A stretch of 24,497 nucleotides of DNA from positions 1-24,497 of the IMG/VR virus record IMGVR_UViG_3300034118_001689, one strand, 5' to 3'. Below are positions 23,701 through 24,497 of the stretch, in pieces. The first letter of the stretch is position 1. Each line of letters starts with the position of its first letter. Origin of the DNA: a virus (lineage: Duplodnaviria > Caudoviricetes). The notes beneath the pieces were generated by a model, which did not search any database, was not told the origin of the DNA, and saw only the letters and a program-made list of their open reading frames with translations. The position numbers and the translations under genes are program-made.

Positions 23701-24497
23701 AACCTGGAGAATATGCTGAAGATATTGTTGTTGCAGCGACTGCCCAACGAGCAAAAGTTGAGACAGTAGAAAAAGAGATTACCTCAACACTTATAGACCT
23801 TTCAGAAAAACATGGCTCGGTAATGATAGGCCTTGCTGCAAGATTGAAAAATATTAAATCACTATCAAGAAAAATTAATGATGAACGTGGAAATAGAACC
23901 GCGGAAGAAACAGCAGCGGATATGTCTGACGTAGTCAGATACACAATGACATATACCCCAGAAAATTATGTATCTGGTACAAAGGCCGTAGTCGCCGACC
24001 TGGAAGCTGCCGGATACAAGCTTAAGGTTAAAAACTACTGGGAAGCTGGAGACGCATATCAAGGAATAAACGTTGCAGCCGTTCATCCAGACGGAACAAG
24101 GTTTGAGTTACAATTCCACACACCGCAGTCGGCTTTCAAAAAAGAAGCCGTACATGAGATTCTTGATGACTACAGACTTGAAAAAGACCCTGTAGAACGT
24201 TGGATTCTTTACGACAAAATGGTCAAAATGTCTGCGAGTATTGATATTCCCGTTGAAGATGGGCTTCTTGATATCGGTGAAGCCAGGTCACAGGACTTTT
24301 CGTTGGCCCTATCCTCTGGAGCGACCGCAAAAAGAAACAAAATAAACAGGCGTGGTCCTATTGATAGGTTTATTTTAGAAAAAAATAAAAAGGGTGATGA
24401 AGTAAGAAATATAAAATTAGGAACAAGCTCAATAAGTAATCCAGAGAAAATAGATAATGCCGAGTACCTAAAGATTGTTGGTGATATCCCTGGCGTC
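17772..24497 (+). CDS. Second giant polyvalent protein (at least 2242 aa, 3' end outside the window): zincin, ART-like fold, two ParB/Srx domains and a RelA/SpoT synthetase
   Basis: Manual translation MTGDTNKTRVIVSQRLISPLSCCNNF...KIVGDIPGV found no stop codon up to the window end, which is probably why it is absent from the ORF track. Contains 4 LSSG motifs. Confidence 0.88.
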   Translation, partial: MTGDTNKTRVIVSQRLISPLSCCNNFNSKAIEFRASVTKSLSMSRLDADIAVKAAMGAKPTYQDTDNKKREFTGTTKPGVEEIAPGMRVETNKAWEEGRSLVLYPSWKSKRSMNLDANFGWIEGKQDTDFETAQKKRKEKPQLQFTKYDVNPKTGDVIPGSETQIDMAYPRLGLSRAQRRKQNKNVNNPQMQFKAGLPGRSLESRIPGGNLLARAAGRFGIARDANNKFRCPPGTPAANQFTDHLGSNCFGVSMERAAKFLADKINQLMTFDSQQLALSSGAKETWRERLRMRRGGAMPGRSPSYDMETGERIPTTPAEIVDVPGRMRWFKNATVNAQRNLARSESLVQRLESRTGVRDFTPKDREINNDRYELLSRLKNMGIWDIDIKGRLSEEQVDEFIQSRLELIPEWDSLTPEEKIALFTADKKRYYETERAMLDSLLEQFVIRPEHMRTVGKVEFFQDPIDDDNSEATTTWDVKSEGAGIKSVIKVNIEQIMTNQEGEDGIPGMSPRERLVISAIGGRTDAEAMAKVADFLINTEYTARGMAGLIDGPRSFARHIMLHEIAHTIQGEAFLKSIKQQIDAHGYVDVPVYDYKKGRFTGEIKQVSDIRKLTGGDLSVLVVGSQDDINLTSLEDAMSKIENVAFLAGSYPNVSRSDGRMEVYALESTAELWGLREEGLIFGDDIDDALSFMDDAVGAKAAEARAITDLEMLERLEESYFSPLERGEDVLPIRKHLRAPIELDKKAIAAKREERVLGEFKKSIKDLNQEQLAITLADVIEFVDMAESKRKELYRSLSKIEDSPYDAAEGAYDDLLEQVEKLEELITLNKKAQKIAIDKNTSFNTDGKKASDKEILDMAREIIKGRDPVTPEEAARRLSAERTDALRAEAGALSDELLVKKIADYDLLASSLKPDSDDYIRNSADREIFVQQYIANKRASGDTRTPSVIKNELRASITKEITASRDAVDGAKRGKLKPQKMKSKEHISANAKKERAKHRRNITKQQFEAVKEIDDFNVADITQVLDPNKQLVVGRAINKRNARLKRLGLDSDPSSIDEGSLDEQVENILIPAMEAMDASSITTPFEMEMFIDSSKVARVKPGKEIDLDTFGQGKVLSRSMKAGKPEKGTKKKRVIVRMQEGDRGLFPLAKKGEDQNFVIPPGKLRVVGRDKDGSLILEVSLQKDTVDVLDDLSKSIGDGPDDAIWRKGAKRKIQAVADRYAVRRKDDAAGTKSDDAAKITETSESIVSEVSELGGEFGETFSESLSSGARETTESLRTKRQERFKSVLGEVNSRPEPLLSSMSALRQENEIVHRRVEEILNTESFEQINERIENAALKLHSGFDRRVRVRMKENDIEEFSKSGKVRALGLSSGAVGGDGETRRTGRLSRRVEEFKNITEQKVAAVGATEEFKKLRGAGLGNGGLDRLNDETLKREHGLERSGQKSVLSDNPIYRTDSAEQAIALLALGYEVEVIDDGERKMVKNAAIQTEEELKKFAVEEAKRLGIPDSDTDRFVNAFIETHDIDLCALYNANTNVFCSEHLDVRREHMPQSEGAAQNANSPALRALVSGHVEGKYSPKSGLSDEDTNRYKEITKKLGNPAKFSEVSEEDKQWAFSNTDWSKVEPNTAPELMQFLKNVLGGEGSVVRKSKSPDLLKASQKQLRNSQIDKQAQNILDEYNAARKTWGVEGSPEFNEKRAEFLKQAWFQLPILVSDDGYVVDGHHRWAAIKMFNDHVPEAERIEVQVNELQKNIFESIILAKVFQEHMEIKGKTVGKVKPFVDGETNPMSKAEFDEHIQKAQDSVQELAKKIKDDGLYPFTVQGVIPEEERSPGLKANRDRSVKEYGMTWKPEYSKVKSVEESKKWDGWDGVEVTEVDLSSDILPTESHLKGESIDKVVSGGEPLREGYFVNLVIDQDGKMYVSDGHNRVAMNRALGNEKIQARVVDLRRVEAPWGEQSSGKTTYKGYDLVEPSNPLPKPGEYAEDIVVAATAQRAKVETVEKEITSTLIDLSEKHGSVMIGLAARLKNIKSLSRKINDERGNRTAEETAADMSDVVRYTMTYTPENYVSGTKAVVADLEAAGYKLKVKNYWEAGDAYQGINVAAVHPDGTRFELQFHTPQSAFKKEAVHEILDDYRLEKDPVERWILYDKMVKMSASIDIPVEDGLLDIGEARSQDFSLALSSGATAKRNKINRRGPIDRFILEKNKKGDEVRNIKLGTSSISNPEKIDNAEYLKIVGDIPGV
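19200..19800 (+). other. Zincin-like metallopeptidase domain
   Basis: HIMLHEIAHTIQG (HExxH at 19458-19472) and downstream YALESTAELW (E-x-x-A-E third-ligand motif). Boundaries are approximate. Confidence 0.7.
20770..21320 (+). other. Probably degenerate VIP2/C3-like ADP-ribosyltransferase fold
   Basis: C-terminal pattern VIVRMQEGDRGLFP...GEDQNFVIPPGKLRVVG resembles the ART segment I-x-V-P-x-G-x-x-G...E-x-E-x-L-L-P-x-G. The catalytic R, STS and ExE residues are not evident. Confidence 0.4.
22730..23010 (+). other. ParB/Sulfiredoxin-like domain 1
   Basis: LKASQKQL...PILVSDDGYVVDGHHRWAA (DGHHR at 22929-22943). Confidence 0.8.
23380..23610 (+). other. ParB/Sulfiredoxin-like domain 2
   Basis: ILPTESHL...LVIDQDGKMYVSDGHNRVAMNRALGNEKIQARVVDL (DGHNR at 23538-23552). 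Confidence 0.75.
23740..24255 (+). other. RelA/SpoT-type small alarmone synthetase / nucleotidyltransferase domain
   Basis: All four synthetase motifs in order: RLKNIKSLSRK (23841), SDVVRY (Asp at 23928), KNYW...YQGIN (24057) and FELQFHT (Glu at 24105). Confidence 0.88.

Noticed and set aside
1-24497. Stop-codon recoding, tRNA/rRNA genes, CRISPR arrays, transposases or integrases
   Set aside because: Genes read fully in the standard code with dense packing, and no such elements were recognised. Intergenic gaps are at most about 140 bp.

Overview
Head-assembly region of a large tailed dsDNA phage. The left end (- strand) holds a recombination and packaging block: the 5' end of a PD-(D/E)XK RecB/Cas4-like exonuclease, a Rad52/22-family single-strand annealing protein, a hypothetical gene and the terminase large subunit. 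Divergently (+ strand) come a small membrane protein, an HK97-type portal with a long C-terminal extension, a 3.6k-aa ORF, an acidic PepSY-like protein, and a second giant ORF (17772 to past the window end, at least 2242 aa) that is missing from the ORF track. The 3.6k-aa ORF is an HK97-type prohead protease fused to a cargo array (HiPIP-like 4-Cys domain, sigma-70 region-4-like HTH, complete ArdC, complete UvrD-like SF1 helicase). The second ORF carries a zincin HExxH domain, a probably degenerate ADP-ribosyltransferase fold, two ParB/Srx-like domains and a RelA/SpoT-type synthetase domain. Main observation: both giant proteins are punctuated by a protein-level motif, x-L-S-S-G (15 exact copies plus 1 LASG, in varied codons), that falls between domains and never inside the recognisable ones. 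This suggests virion-packaged polyproteins processed into separate anti-host effectors. An A10 slippery run at the protease/cargo boundary could also produce a short protease-only form. All domain calls come from reading motifs by eye; no database searches were run.
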